Assembly (NCBI GenBank): GCA_965235115.1
Contig: OZ249436.1
Span: forward strand, 48,052,001-48,116,000
Length of the DNA stretch: 64,000 bases
Source of the DNA: Laetmonice hystrix
Lineage: Eukaryota
Direction: 5' to 3'
Part shown: one piece after another, positions 1-10,378 of the stretch
How the letters are laid out: every line of letters starts with the position of its first letter
How positions within the stretch are numbered: position 1 is the stretch's first letter
Made by a program: the position numbers and the translations under genes
Notes under the pieces: generated by a model
What the model saw: the letters and a program-made list of their open reading frames with translations, nothing else
Databases searched by the model: none
What the model was told of the DNA's origin: nothing

Positions 1-235
1 TGTCTTGAAAATAGAATCCTATATCCAATCAATGATATTACCACGGTCAAACAAACGACCTTGACGAGAACCGTCCTTCTATCGTAGAGAAAACCAATCC
101 CATGTCTTAAAATAATCTTCTGCAATCGATGTCGTTCCGAGGTAGAATTGATAAGAAGTATGGAGGGGATTTGAATATCTATCAGCCTTTTCACGTTACA
201 GGCTGCTAGAGTTATAATATATGATCCACAACACT

Positions 236-994
236 ACAGCATGACGCTTCGCTCAGCCCACAACTGCATGACGCTTCGCTCAGCCCACAACTGCATGACG
301 CTTCGTTCAGCCCACAAGTGCATGACGCTTCGTTCATCCCACAACTGCATGACGCTTCGCTCAGCCCACAACTGCATGACGCTTCGCTCAGCCCACAACT
401 GCATGACGATTCGTTCATCCTACAACTGCATGACGCTTCGCTCAGCCCACAACTGCATGACGCTTCGTTCAGCCCACAAGTGCATGACGCTTCGTTCATC
501 CCACAACTGCATGACGCTTCGCTCAGCCCACAACTGCATGACGCTTCGCTCAGCCCACAACTGCATGACGATTCGTTCATCCTACAACTGCATGACGCTT
601 CGCTCAGCCCACAACTGTATGACACTTCGCTCAGCCCACAACTGCATGACGCTTCGCTCAGCCCACAACTGCATGACGCTTCGTTAAGCCCACAACTGCA
701 TGACGCTTCGCTCAGCCCACAACTGCATGGCGCTTCGTTCATCCCACAACTGCATGACGCTTCGTTCATCCCACAACTGTATGACGCTTCGCTCAGCCCA
801 CAACTGTATGACGCTTCGCTCAGCCCACAACTGCATGACGCTTCGCTCAGCCCACAACTACATGACGCTTCGCTCAGCCCACAACTGCATGACGCTTCGC
901 TCAGCCCACAACTGCATGACGCTTCGTTAAGCCCACAACTGCATGACGCTTCGCTCAGCCCACAACTGCATGACGCTTCGTTTAGCCCACAACT
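236..994. repeat. 27-bp minisatellite, about 28 copies (intronic to the GPCR)
   Basis: Unit caactgcatgacgcttcgctcagccca repeated directly; a unit length divisible by 3 explains the periodic ORFs. Confidence 0.97.
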
Positions 995-1203
995 GGAGGG
1001 ACCCTCACCCACCCCCTCCAAACAACAAATCCCCAGGAAAAGTCCCAGCACATTCGATCTTTGCAGATTTATATCAACTTTCTCACTGAAAATGGGGAGC
1101 TGCACTGGTGAAATACAAAAGAAGGGACCATAGCAAAAACCCGAGGAGATGCGGTCTTAAATCGATGACCCTTGCCACCATGGACTGCCCACCCCTCAAA
1201 CAG

Positions 1204-1290
1204 ACACTGGACACAGGGCAAAGGGCACTCCGACACTGGACACAGGGCAAAGGGCACTCCAACACTGGACACAGGGCAAAGGGCACTCCA
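1204..1290. repeat. 29-bp tandem repeat, 3 copies
   Basis: acactggacacagggcaaagggcactcc(g/a) x3. Confidence 0.9.
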
Positions 1291-1430
1291 ATTCAATAAA
1301 TTAAAGTTGCAGTGCCACCTTTTCTCAGTTCCTTTGCTGGTGAGACGACTGGCGTCGATCTAAGGATTTGGACTTCTTGCTGACACCAACAATCTAAAAA
1401 ATAGAAGCTCGAACGGGCAGAGGCTTGTAT

Positions 1431-2561
1431 TAGGAGACTGGGGCTGGTAGTTCCATGGGTTGGTTGTCACATTGCATTCTTTGAAGTTCCTTTACTAGCC
1501 ACAAGGGGCTTCGCCCTTGCGGTAGACTGTCATACTTCAACAAACGTCGTTTCCGTTGTCAACACGTCTTGGGTAAAAAGTTGTGTCATCTTTTATATTT
1601 TTTACCAGAGTCAGTAAGTTTGAGTATTGTACTAATATTGTAATTGGAAGTACAATGCTACAGATAGATACGAAGTAAATAACCTATTGTATAAAGTCAT
1701 ATGCGTGCTGCATAAGGGTATATAACTTAAAGGGAGGATAAACACACGCGGCAAATAAGGTTCCGTAGACCAAATGGAACACCAGCATTTACCTCATGGC
1801 AATAAATGCCACAATTACGTTGTCTGAATGAAGTAATTAACGCGTGACTCTGACCAGCGGCGTCACACGTCACGTCTGTATATAAGTCACCATGGCAGCA
1901 TAGTTGTCCTATACATAGACTGGTAAATGTAACAAAGTCTGCTGGGGCTGATTGTCACGTTAGACGTGGGGTAAGTTGTCACATGTGACAACCAACCTCA
2001 GTAACATTTCCAATACAAAAATCTCTAGGCCTAATCGTAATCACTAATAGAGTAAGGTCGGGTAATATGGGCACCCCTTTTACAATTGACTGTGGAATGA
2101 AAACAACTTATGATAGCATATTCTCCCAATGTTTATATGAAACACTGTTAATTTTTCAATAACATAAGCTATTTGCGAGCACTTTTTCTGTCAGAAATTT
2201 TTAAAAATTGAAGCAATATATATTTTCGAACAAGCTCATATTATCCGAAGCGTGGATAATAATGTGCGTGTTTCACAAGCTATTATTGACAAGATATTTA
2301 TCGATTCTGCACATATTAACCATTCCCATGTACTGTGACAACCATCCCCATCATGGGGCTGGTTGTCACATCATGGAATAAATGTTGTTTATTCATTTAA
2401 TCTCATTTCCGTTTATAATACGGGGCTAATAAAATGCATGAGGCTACCCAAGATATTGCATTTATTCATCGTAAGGCTAACACCAAGTGTCGTATTTACT
2501 GGGGCCCAAAATATAAATATAAAAGTGTAAATAGTGTGACAACTAGCCCCGGTCTCCTCTA
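1431..2561. mobile_element. Non-autonomous pogo/Tc1-mariner-like element with further insertions
   Basis: Left end taggagactggggctgg; right end gtgacaactagccccggtctcctcta (inverted match). Repeated GGGG..TTGTCACA subterminal motifs at about 1460, 1945-1995, 2335-2370 and 2535. A second small inverted pair (cgggtaatatgggca / gctcatattatccg) lies at about 2060-2247. Confidence 0.6.
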
Positions 2562-2617
2562 TACGACCATGTCCCTCAATTAATAAGAAGTAAATAAGAA
2601 GTTGTGGCTTCACTTAC

Positions 2618-3337
2618 CTGTGGTAAACTGAATAAGGCACTGAGAAACCAGGCAAGGGCAATCAAAAGGCGAACTCTCTTAGCAGCGTTATTTCGACTCA
2701 TTGGGTCGAGAATTGCGTAGCAGCGATCCACACTGATTATAACAATGATATATGTCGACAGATAGAGGCCGAACACTTGGAGAAACTTGACCACTTTACA
2801 CAGGGCATTGCCTCCGTACCACTGAACGGTGGACGCCCATACAGCGTCCGTAACGTTACAAAAAAACGTCACAATGAGATCTGCCGTGGCTAGGTGTAGA
2901 ATCAAGGTGTTGATGGTGGAACGCCGGCGTCTCATTCTGTACATTTGTAACAAGGTGGCCGTGTTACCGATTAGTGAGATCACAAACATTAAACTGAGGA
3001 CGACTGTCTTTATCATGGACATCTCGTTAAAGGTAGGCGCTGTCCACATCACCTGCGTGTTGCCGTAGTCCAGGCTGAACGAGCTGTTCTCACCATCGCC
3101 GACGCCCCCGACCCCGCCATTGTCGGGGAGGAGGACGCCGTTGGCGGGATCAAGCCAGCCACGCGTTGGTTTAGCTCCAATGTCCTGCATCACTTCCAAC
3201 TGCATGGAGCGAGGAGACGGAACCGTTACGGTTCTGGTCCCAGCGTTCAGGGGGCGTTCTGGGTGTGCTGGGAACGCGGATTCATCTTCATCATCGCCAT
3301 CATCTTTTCTTGGAGGGCCGACTACGGGGGAGCGCAT
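2618..3337 (-). CDS. First coding exon (240 codons; N-terminus, TM1-TM4) of a rhodopsin-class neuropeptide GPCR, GnRH/corazonin-type receptor family
   Basis: Translation shows TM1 'VLSLMFVISLIGN', TM2 'LHLATADLIVTF', ECL1 'TVQWYGGNALCK', TM3 ending 'ISVDRC' (DRY variant) and TM4 'AWFLSALFSLPQ'. From memory this closely resembles lophotrochozoan GnRH/corazonin receptors. There is an in-frame TGA 17 codons upstream of the ATG. The exon ends at CAG|GTAAGT (phase 0 donor at 2617). Downstream exons were not found in 1-2617. Confidence 0.93.
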
Positions 3338-3505
3338 TGCGGCCCTGCGCTCAGCACGGGCGGGCCGGGGTAGGCATCCCTCCTCTCACCATGACGAATG
3401 GTGTATAGATGTAGATCCTACACGTTTACACCCACAGCCTCTCGCCGACGTCCACTACGAGTCCCATAACGGAATTCCTGAAAGAACGGCACCAAGAAAA
3501 AAAAT
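3338..3505 (-). promoter_or_regulatory. 5' UTR part of the GPCR exon and its splice acceptor (exon starts at 3477)
   Basis: Minus strand reads ttttttttcttggtgccgttctttcAG|gaattcc: a polypyrimidine tract plus AG, implying an upstream non-coding exon. Confidence 0.6.
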
Positions 3506-3726
3506 GTTGATTGTGCGTACAAGGTTTCATGGTTATTGATAAGGTTGGATACCTTTCGCCGTGGTCGATACATGCATTCCCCTGGCAGCTAGCGAAGGGA
3601 TGGGCTCCCGATGGGAAGGGGGGGGGGGGGCTACCCCTCCGTGATGGCCCGAAGAGAATAAAGGATTCAGACTTCGTTTTGATTGAATGTTTGTTTCTTG
3701 ATCTCAGGATATAATATCTTTAAAGG

Positions 3727-4074
3727 CCGGGGTGCGATTTTTTTTCCCCCACATTAGTTCCGGACCCCCCATTGGCATACAGCCAATCAGTGAACGCCAG
3801 ACTCTATCGCTCGCGATATGGGACCGAACAGTGTCAGTGAATGTTTCTTATTGACACATCCACTGCTCATCAATTAGTGCCTAATTAACAATAATTTTGG
3901 GCTATGAAAACTAACACTAACCCTAGGCCTAACCTTTACCCTAACCCAAACACACTGTCTCGCATCTCGCATGTCGTCGCCGGTATTCCATAGCCATATG
4001 TGTGCCTGTTTCTGATTGGCTGTATGATAATGGGGGGTCCAGAACTAATGTGGGAAAAAAAAATTCGCGGCCGG
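3727..4074. mobile_element. MITE with about 65-bp TIRs and an internal telomere-like (TAACCC) tract
   Basis: cccacattagttc.ggaccccccatt..catacagccaatcag mirrored at 4012-4060; CCGG termini flanked by GG/GG; ctaacactaaccctaggcctaacctttaccctaaccc at about 3911-3947. Confidence 0.8.
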
Positions 4075-5279
4075 GGTCGACTATAAAAGGAACCAATGGG
4101 GAGCTCCGCATGCAGCAGGCTTGGATTTTTCAGACATTATTGCCTCCTGTGAGCGTTTAAAGAAATATTCTTCAATGCAAATTGGCATGGATATGTTTAA
4201 ACATGTGAGGAACACGTACCTCAACTGAATGTACCTTATAAGAGCTAATAGAAACTCAGATTTGGGGTAATTTGTGTTAGAATTTGGATTTAATTGACAG
4301 CTTAATAAAATGTAGGCACAATTGCTGAAAATTGCCACGAAGCAACCACAAAACAATGGAGGCATGGAAGCGTGGCCCAAAGGTGGCACCACTATCGACG
4401 AACAAGGAATACAAAGTTCTCATAACAAGACCAGAAAAAAACTACTGCCTCCATGCAAGTTTCATCAAAGCGCTGCCAGGGAATAAAAACCAGGCGGTGA
4501 GGAATTTATTGGACACATTCCGTCCCAGGTTGAGCGGCCAATCGCGTAATCAATTCCTCTCCATGTACTCCCGAGATATAAGTTACCATAAACTAGACAT
4601 TACGTAAAATTGCTAGATCTAAAGTGGGAAAGTTGCCACTCGGTTTCCTCTTCGTGCGCCGGAGTCGGACTAACCATGATTATTAGATTGCTGTACAATG
4701 CGAACCTTGCGCAGACTGTAGCAGACGGTTTACACAGCAGTGGCCAGTCCAATGACCATAACGTGTAAACCATGTACAAATTGGACGCTTTTCGTAATTT
4801 CGTACTGACCAAAGGAATAATATTGTCCCGCTCCTGCAGGGCAAAATCGATGCCTTAATATTAGATCATATTACACTTTACTTGTTTCAGGTTACCTGGG
4901 GATATTTAACGTTAGACCCACAATTTTCATGTGTGTCTAAATATGTGCGGTTTATGGGACTGTCAGAAGTATATATCAATTGAATGAGCGGTCAAAATTA
5001 GCGTTGACTTTATAAGTAAACAATGGTCAGTTGACCTTTAACCCTAGAAGGTCAGACTTTCCACTCGAGGATTTGACCTTTCTTGCCTTTTAGACATTTA
5101 TTAAGGGCGCTGTCCCCTCGGATCCCTGGTAAACTTTAATTCTCAGGTCAGCGTTCACTGTGGTAAACTTTACTGCCACTGAATATTCAGACTTTGCCGA
5201 TCAATTTATTGACAGATTATTGTAATATCCATGATAAACTATGATTATGATCATCAGGCGGGGATAGCATATTAAGATA

Positions 5280-5654
5280 CAGGAGCGTAGGAGGGTTTTT
5301 GAAAGGGGGGGGCAAACTCAGCCAGCGGGCGCCGACATTCAGGCGCGAGCGAGCCGTTTAGACAGCGGGGGTCTAGGGGCCTCCCCCGGGGCCTACCCAG
5401 GATTCTTTTTAAATTTAGGCGGCCAAAAAAGGTTTCCATCATTTGGAGAGCAGAATTCTGAGGGTATTTATGCGTTGTTTGATTCCTTGGACTTCGATTT
5501 TTGAGGTCTACTACAACATGCTTTTCCTGAGTCAAAAGTGTTGGGGGGCAAAACCATAGACATAGATTATAGAGTAGTCTATGGGCAAAACATACTCTAC
5601 CCCCCCTCCTCATTTCAAAGTGGGGCCCCCTGATCCCCTTTTCCTACGTCCCTG
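5280..5654. mobile_element. CAG..CTG MITE with 5-bp TSD (AGATA)
   Basis: caggagcgtagga ... tcctacgtccctg; AGATA at 5275-5279 and 5655-5659. Confidence 0.85.
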
Positions 5655-6208
5655 AGATAGGAATGAAGTGATGGCGTAGTTAGTACCGCCAGTGATGAAC
5701 TAACTATACCAATAGTTCGCCTGCGATGTGTGCTCCGCTCACCTCCCTGGAGTTCGCTTGCCCGAGCAATATTCAGAGAAGCATTCATAAACAAAATCAT
5801 GCCAAGAAGACGTGCGGGGGCCTTGTTGTGTTCTACTCGGACCTCGAACCGAGCCCCAGAGGGCGCTTTCCTCGTCTTTACCTTCCCTGGATCTTCAGCA
5901 GACTACATATAGCTGCATGATGTAGAGCTGGCAAGATGACCGTATTTTGTCTTTCCTATAGATTGGTAGTTTTCTCACACTTACATGAGTTAAAGATTCT
6001 GATAGTCAGTAGTCACTGTTGTATGACAATAGGGAGACAATGTCCGTAGTTGCATAATCCCCTCCCAGCTGACTCCATGATTATCATTTTACAATGTGTC
6101 TACGGCGCACCTGAGAGGTTTTATACATACATCAAGCCCCCCCCCCCCCATTGCAAAATCCTGGATGTGCCGCTCCCCCCGGTTGCAAAATCCTGGTGGG
6201 GGGGGGGC

Positions 6209-6294
6209 ACTAAGCGCGTCCGACCGTCCGACCGGCGACGGACCAAAAATTGTCCGTCTGTCGCCGGTCGGATTGTCCGACTGACGCGCTTAGT
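6209..6294. mobile_element. Long imperfect palindrome (fold-back MITE remnant) inside a cluster of CAG..CTG-family fragments (about 6135-6455)
   Basis: actaagcgcgtc...ccgaccggcgacggac / gtccgtc.tgtcgccggtcgg...gacgcgcttagt; flanking ttgcaaaatcctgg(atc) fragments. Confidence 0.65.
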
Positions 6295-7351
6295 AAAACA
6301 CCCTCTGGATCCCCCCTGCCTTTTGTTCAGTGGCGGATCCATGGGGAAGGGTGATAGGGTTTGCAACCACCCCTTGGAAAGAGTTTTTTCTGCTTGAAAT
6401 GTTCAATCCAGACATTCATTACCCACCCCTTGGCGCCGACCTGGATCCACCCCTGTTTATTTGTAGAAAACCTACCTTTTACAAAGTCCGCTTTTATTAG
6501 CGTTCCTGTATTTCCCTTCATTGTTAAATGCTCGGAAAGAAAATCTAACTCGTCACACATATATATCTGATGAACACTCACGAGTTTCACGGCTTTCTGA
6601 GTGCGTTTGACACTGATGCTTGGTGGCATAACGCTCCTCATCCACCAAACCAAGCTTACCTTACACAAGCCATAGCTGTCCGCCCTGTGAGCGCTTAAAA
6701 TCCATTGAAATCTACACCCCTGCCTCAAGCGATTGGTTGGCCACGAAGTTTACCGATCTCCAACTGTCCGGTCCGAAATCCAACCAGCATGTGCAGACAA
6801 AACATCCAACCAAGATGTCTTTGAAATCTTAAACCCTGTTTACCCAGTTGAGATCGGCGGAGTGGTCCTCAGTGAGCACTTTTATGTTTCCGAATCATTT
6901 TGGACAACACCTGCCCCTCGTCTGCGGCCGACCGACCGGTGGTACATGTTAGCAGGAGTCACGGGGTCTATACTCCAGGCTGTTCGCTTTGGAGAATGCG
7001 AGGTGCGCGCTGTGCCATGAATAATGCACCATCACACCCGCCACCCCAGTAGTCGGATTGTTCGTTCAGACTGATTGGATGCCGAGAGGGAGATGTACGA
7101 TCAGGGCACCCCCTAGCGGCTGAAAGCGGTACTGGTATACACGGTCCCAGACCTCGGGATTGGGATTAGTCCACAGTTGAAACACTCCCATTGGTCGTGC
7201 CTGTAGCCCCAGTAGAAGATATTCATTCTGCGCAACTCCGCTGGTATTAAGAGACTTGGAGCATGTAAATTAATGAGAGTGGATTCATTATGTTATCTTC
7301 AACTGGTTGGCCATTTCGCCTGTTGTTTTTCTATAGGACATACTCTTGAGA

Positions 7352-8056
7352 TGCTCTCCCTCTTTAACTGAAACCCGTTGCCCCCCCCCCCCCCACACCG
7401 CCAACCCCCCTACGCACACACTGTTTATGTATTAAACCAAACATGCTCTCCCTCTTTAACTGGAACCCGTTGCCCCCAACCCACCTACGCACACACTGTT
7501 TATATATTAAACCAAAAATGCTCTCCCTCTTTAACTGGAACCCGTTGCCCCCAACCCACCTACGCACACACTGTTTATATATTAAACCAAACATGCTCTC
7601 CCTCTTTAACTGGAACCCGTTGCCCCCCAACCCACCTACGCACACACTGTTTATATATTAAACCAAACATGCTCTCCCTCTTTAACTGGAACCCGTTGCC
7701 CCCAACCCACCTACGCACACACTGTTTATATAGTAAACCAAACATGCTCTCCCTCTTTAACTGGAACCCGTTGCCCCCAACCCACCTACGCACACACTGT
7801 TTATATATTAAACCAAACATGCTCTCCCTCTTTAACTGGAACCCGTTGCCCCCCAACCCACCTACGCACACACTGTTTATATATTAAACCAAACATGCTC
7901 TCCCTCTTTAACTGGAACCCGTTGCCTCCCAACCCACCTACGCACACTGTTTATATATTAGGCCTAAACCAAACATGCTCGAGATCCCTTTTTAACTGGA
8001 ACCCGTTGCCCCTATAACCCACCTACGCACACACTGTTTATATATTAAACTAAACA
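7352..8056. repeat. 75-bp minisatellite, about 9 copies
   Basis: Unit atgctctccctctttaactggaacccgttgcccccaacccacctacgcacacactgtttatatattaaaccaaac. Confidence 0.97.
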
Positions 8057-9863
8057 CTTCTAAATGTCCCTGGTTTCCCAGAAACTACATATAATCTTGG
8101 ATGACTTCATAATTAGCGGTTGCCATGCTGTCGCTGTGGGCGCCACATCCGGTATGTTGATGAGATGACGTACACATAATCATTTAAATCGTTCAGGTAC
8201 CCGCCCGACAGCCGGAGATTTGTTACTTCCTGGATTCATAGAATAGCCATCATCAAACCTAAGGCCGTAGTTTGGCTCAATTAGCAGCTGTAGCAGGTGT
8301 CAATTCCAATGTCAATATTGGGGATTCATGTCCAATAATAATTTGTAAAAACTGAAAATCCCAGGGGGCAGTTACCCCCTTGCGCCCCCCCCCCTACGGC
8401 CGTGCACCTCCATATTAACACCCCCATAAACTGAACTGAACTTTCTGATCGAGGAGTTTTCTGGCCTCATTTATTGTGTGAATCTTCTATTCGTTCAAAC
8501 AACCTTGAGACGTTGTTAGTTTTTTACACTTACGTATATTGAATCTGAACACAAAATAAATTGGTCCGCCTTTTGCTCCAAATGTGTTGATATCCAAGAT
8601 GGCCACCAAGCGGCCATTTTCAATGATATTACAAATAAATTATGGTTGATCTGTGCTTGGACTGTCCCTAATTGTTTTTTTAGTGCAGCTGACCCCCTAT
8701 ACGTCATCCGTAAAATCTACACAATACACGTGCTCATCTCATTTATTCTCTTCTGCTCCTTCATTCTCTGATTCTTCACAGTTTCCGATGTACATCAGGC
8801 GACATCGGCAGTTTCGGGCCCCAGGAGGTTGGGATTTAATTCATCAGATCGGTGGCTGAGGTATATTTCTCCAACAACTTTAGATACAGTTACTTTTTGA
8901 TTCCACCTCGATCCGCATGCAGCACGCGGAGTTGTGTGGCTGAGTTGGTGCGCTGGGTGTGCTGAACGCCTCCACAGTCAGCGTTCGGTGGGTTCGGTCC
9001 CTACGGTCGGCCGCCTCCCCATCCACTTCTCCCGACTCGGTTATCAAAGGTCGGGCGCATAACGCTGGTTCTATGCAGTTTTACATGTGGCAGAACCGTT
9101 GCCACTTATTGATAAGAGAACGGCGTTGTCCCGGTGTGACGGTTTCTCTTTTGTCATCGTTTCTTCACAGGACAAAAAAACTTGCCATCCCGAAGATGGC
9201 CAACAGAACGTAAACTCATTAATCCACCCCTCCAACAGTTGGCATGGAAGGGTTCCTACTGGGGCCCCTGGCAGACCCGCCAATTGCCATTGCCACTTAT
9301 TGGTTGTAGTCCAGGAACGCTTTAACATGCGTAATTTCTCACGTGCTTTCGACCACAGCAGTTTTACCAGTCGATTTTAATGTAGGGATATTATGTAAAT
9401 TGTTCATAATGGTCATATCAGGATGTAGATTAGGATGGGTAGAGATAAAAGCTGTCCACGAAGACTCAATAATACTAATGGAAACGACGATGGGGGACTC
9501 CGTAATTATGTTATTACCACTCATGTACAAATGCAAATAGTTTCCTCCTATAGGGATTAAACTATTGCTAAGAAAAATTTATTCCATTCAGAAAGAAAAT
9601 AGGAAAAAGGTCCCAACACGTCGATCTCGGTTATTTTGTAGCTTTCTTGTTTATAAACTGACATAATTGCTGCCACACAAAATATCGGACATTTACAGAC
9701 GGGTAGCTAAAAGCAAAAACCCAAGATTGGAACATGGACTAATTTTAGCCATTCTTCTGGGGTGCCAATATAAGCTACTTGCGATGTCGAAGCGGGTCTA
9801 GAAAATTGCTGTCACCTGTGGCACGGTGTTCACTGCAGTCTCTTCCTTAAAACCTGGGCAAAT

Positions 9864-10378
9864 TGTACGGTGGTATGGGGTTTGTGCAGTGTCATGGGGT
9901 TTGTGCGGTGTCATGGGGTTTGTGCAGTGTCATGGGGTTTGTGCGGTGTCATGGGGTTTGTGCAGTGTCATGGGGTTTGTGCGGTGGTATGGGGTTTGTG
10001 CGGTGGTATGGGGTTTGTGCAGTGTCATGGGGTTTGTGCGGTGTCATGGGGTTTGTGCAGTGTCATGGGGTTTGTGCAGTGTCATGGGGTTTGTGCAGTG
10101 TCATGGGGTTTGTGCGGTGTCATGGGGTTTGTGCGGTGTCATGGGGTTTGTGCGGTGTCATGGGGTTTGTGCGGTGTCATGGGGTTTGTGCAGTGTCATG
10201 GGGTTTGTGCGGTGGTATGGGGTTTGTGCGGTGGTATGGGGTTTGTGCGGTGTCATGGGGTTTGTGCGGTGTCATGGAGTTTGTGCAGTGTCATGGGGTT
10301 TGTGCGGTGTCATGGGGTTTGTGCAGTGTCATGGGGTTTGTGCGGTGTCATGGGGTTTGTGCGGTGTCATGGAGTTTC
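9864..10378. repeat. 19-bp minisatellite, about 27 copies
   Basis: Unit gtcatggggtttgtgc(a/g)gt. Confidence 0.97.

Noticed and set aside
212..1105. 297-aa Cys/Ser-rich ORF (SCSCGLSEA)n resembling a metallothionein or keratin-associated protein
   Set aside because: It is a consequence of a 27-bp stop-free unit: frames on both strands are open, the variants show no synonymous bias, and it lies in the receptor intron
3120..3539. Antisense ORFs over the GPCR exon (also 2829-3068)
   Set aside because: Shadow ORFs of a coding exon
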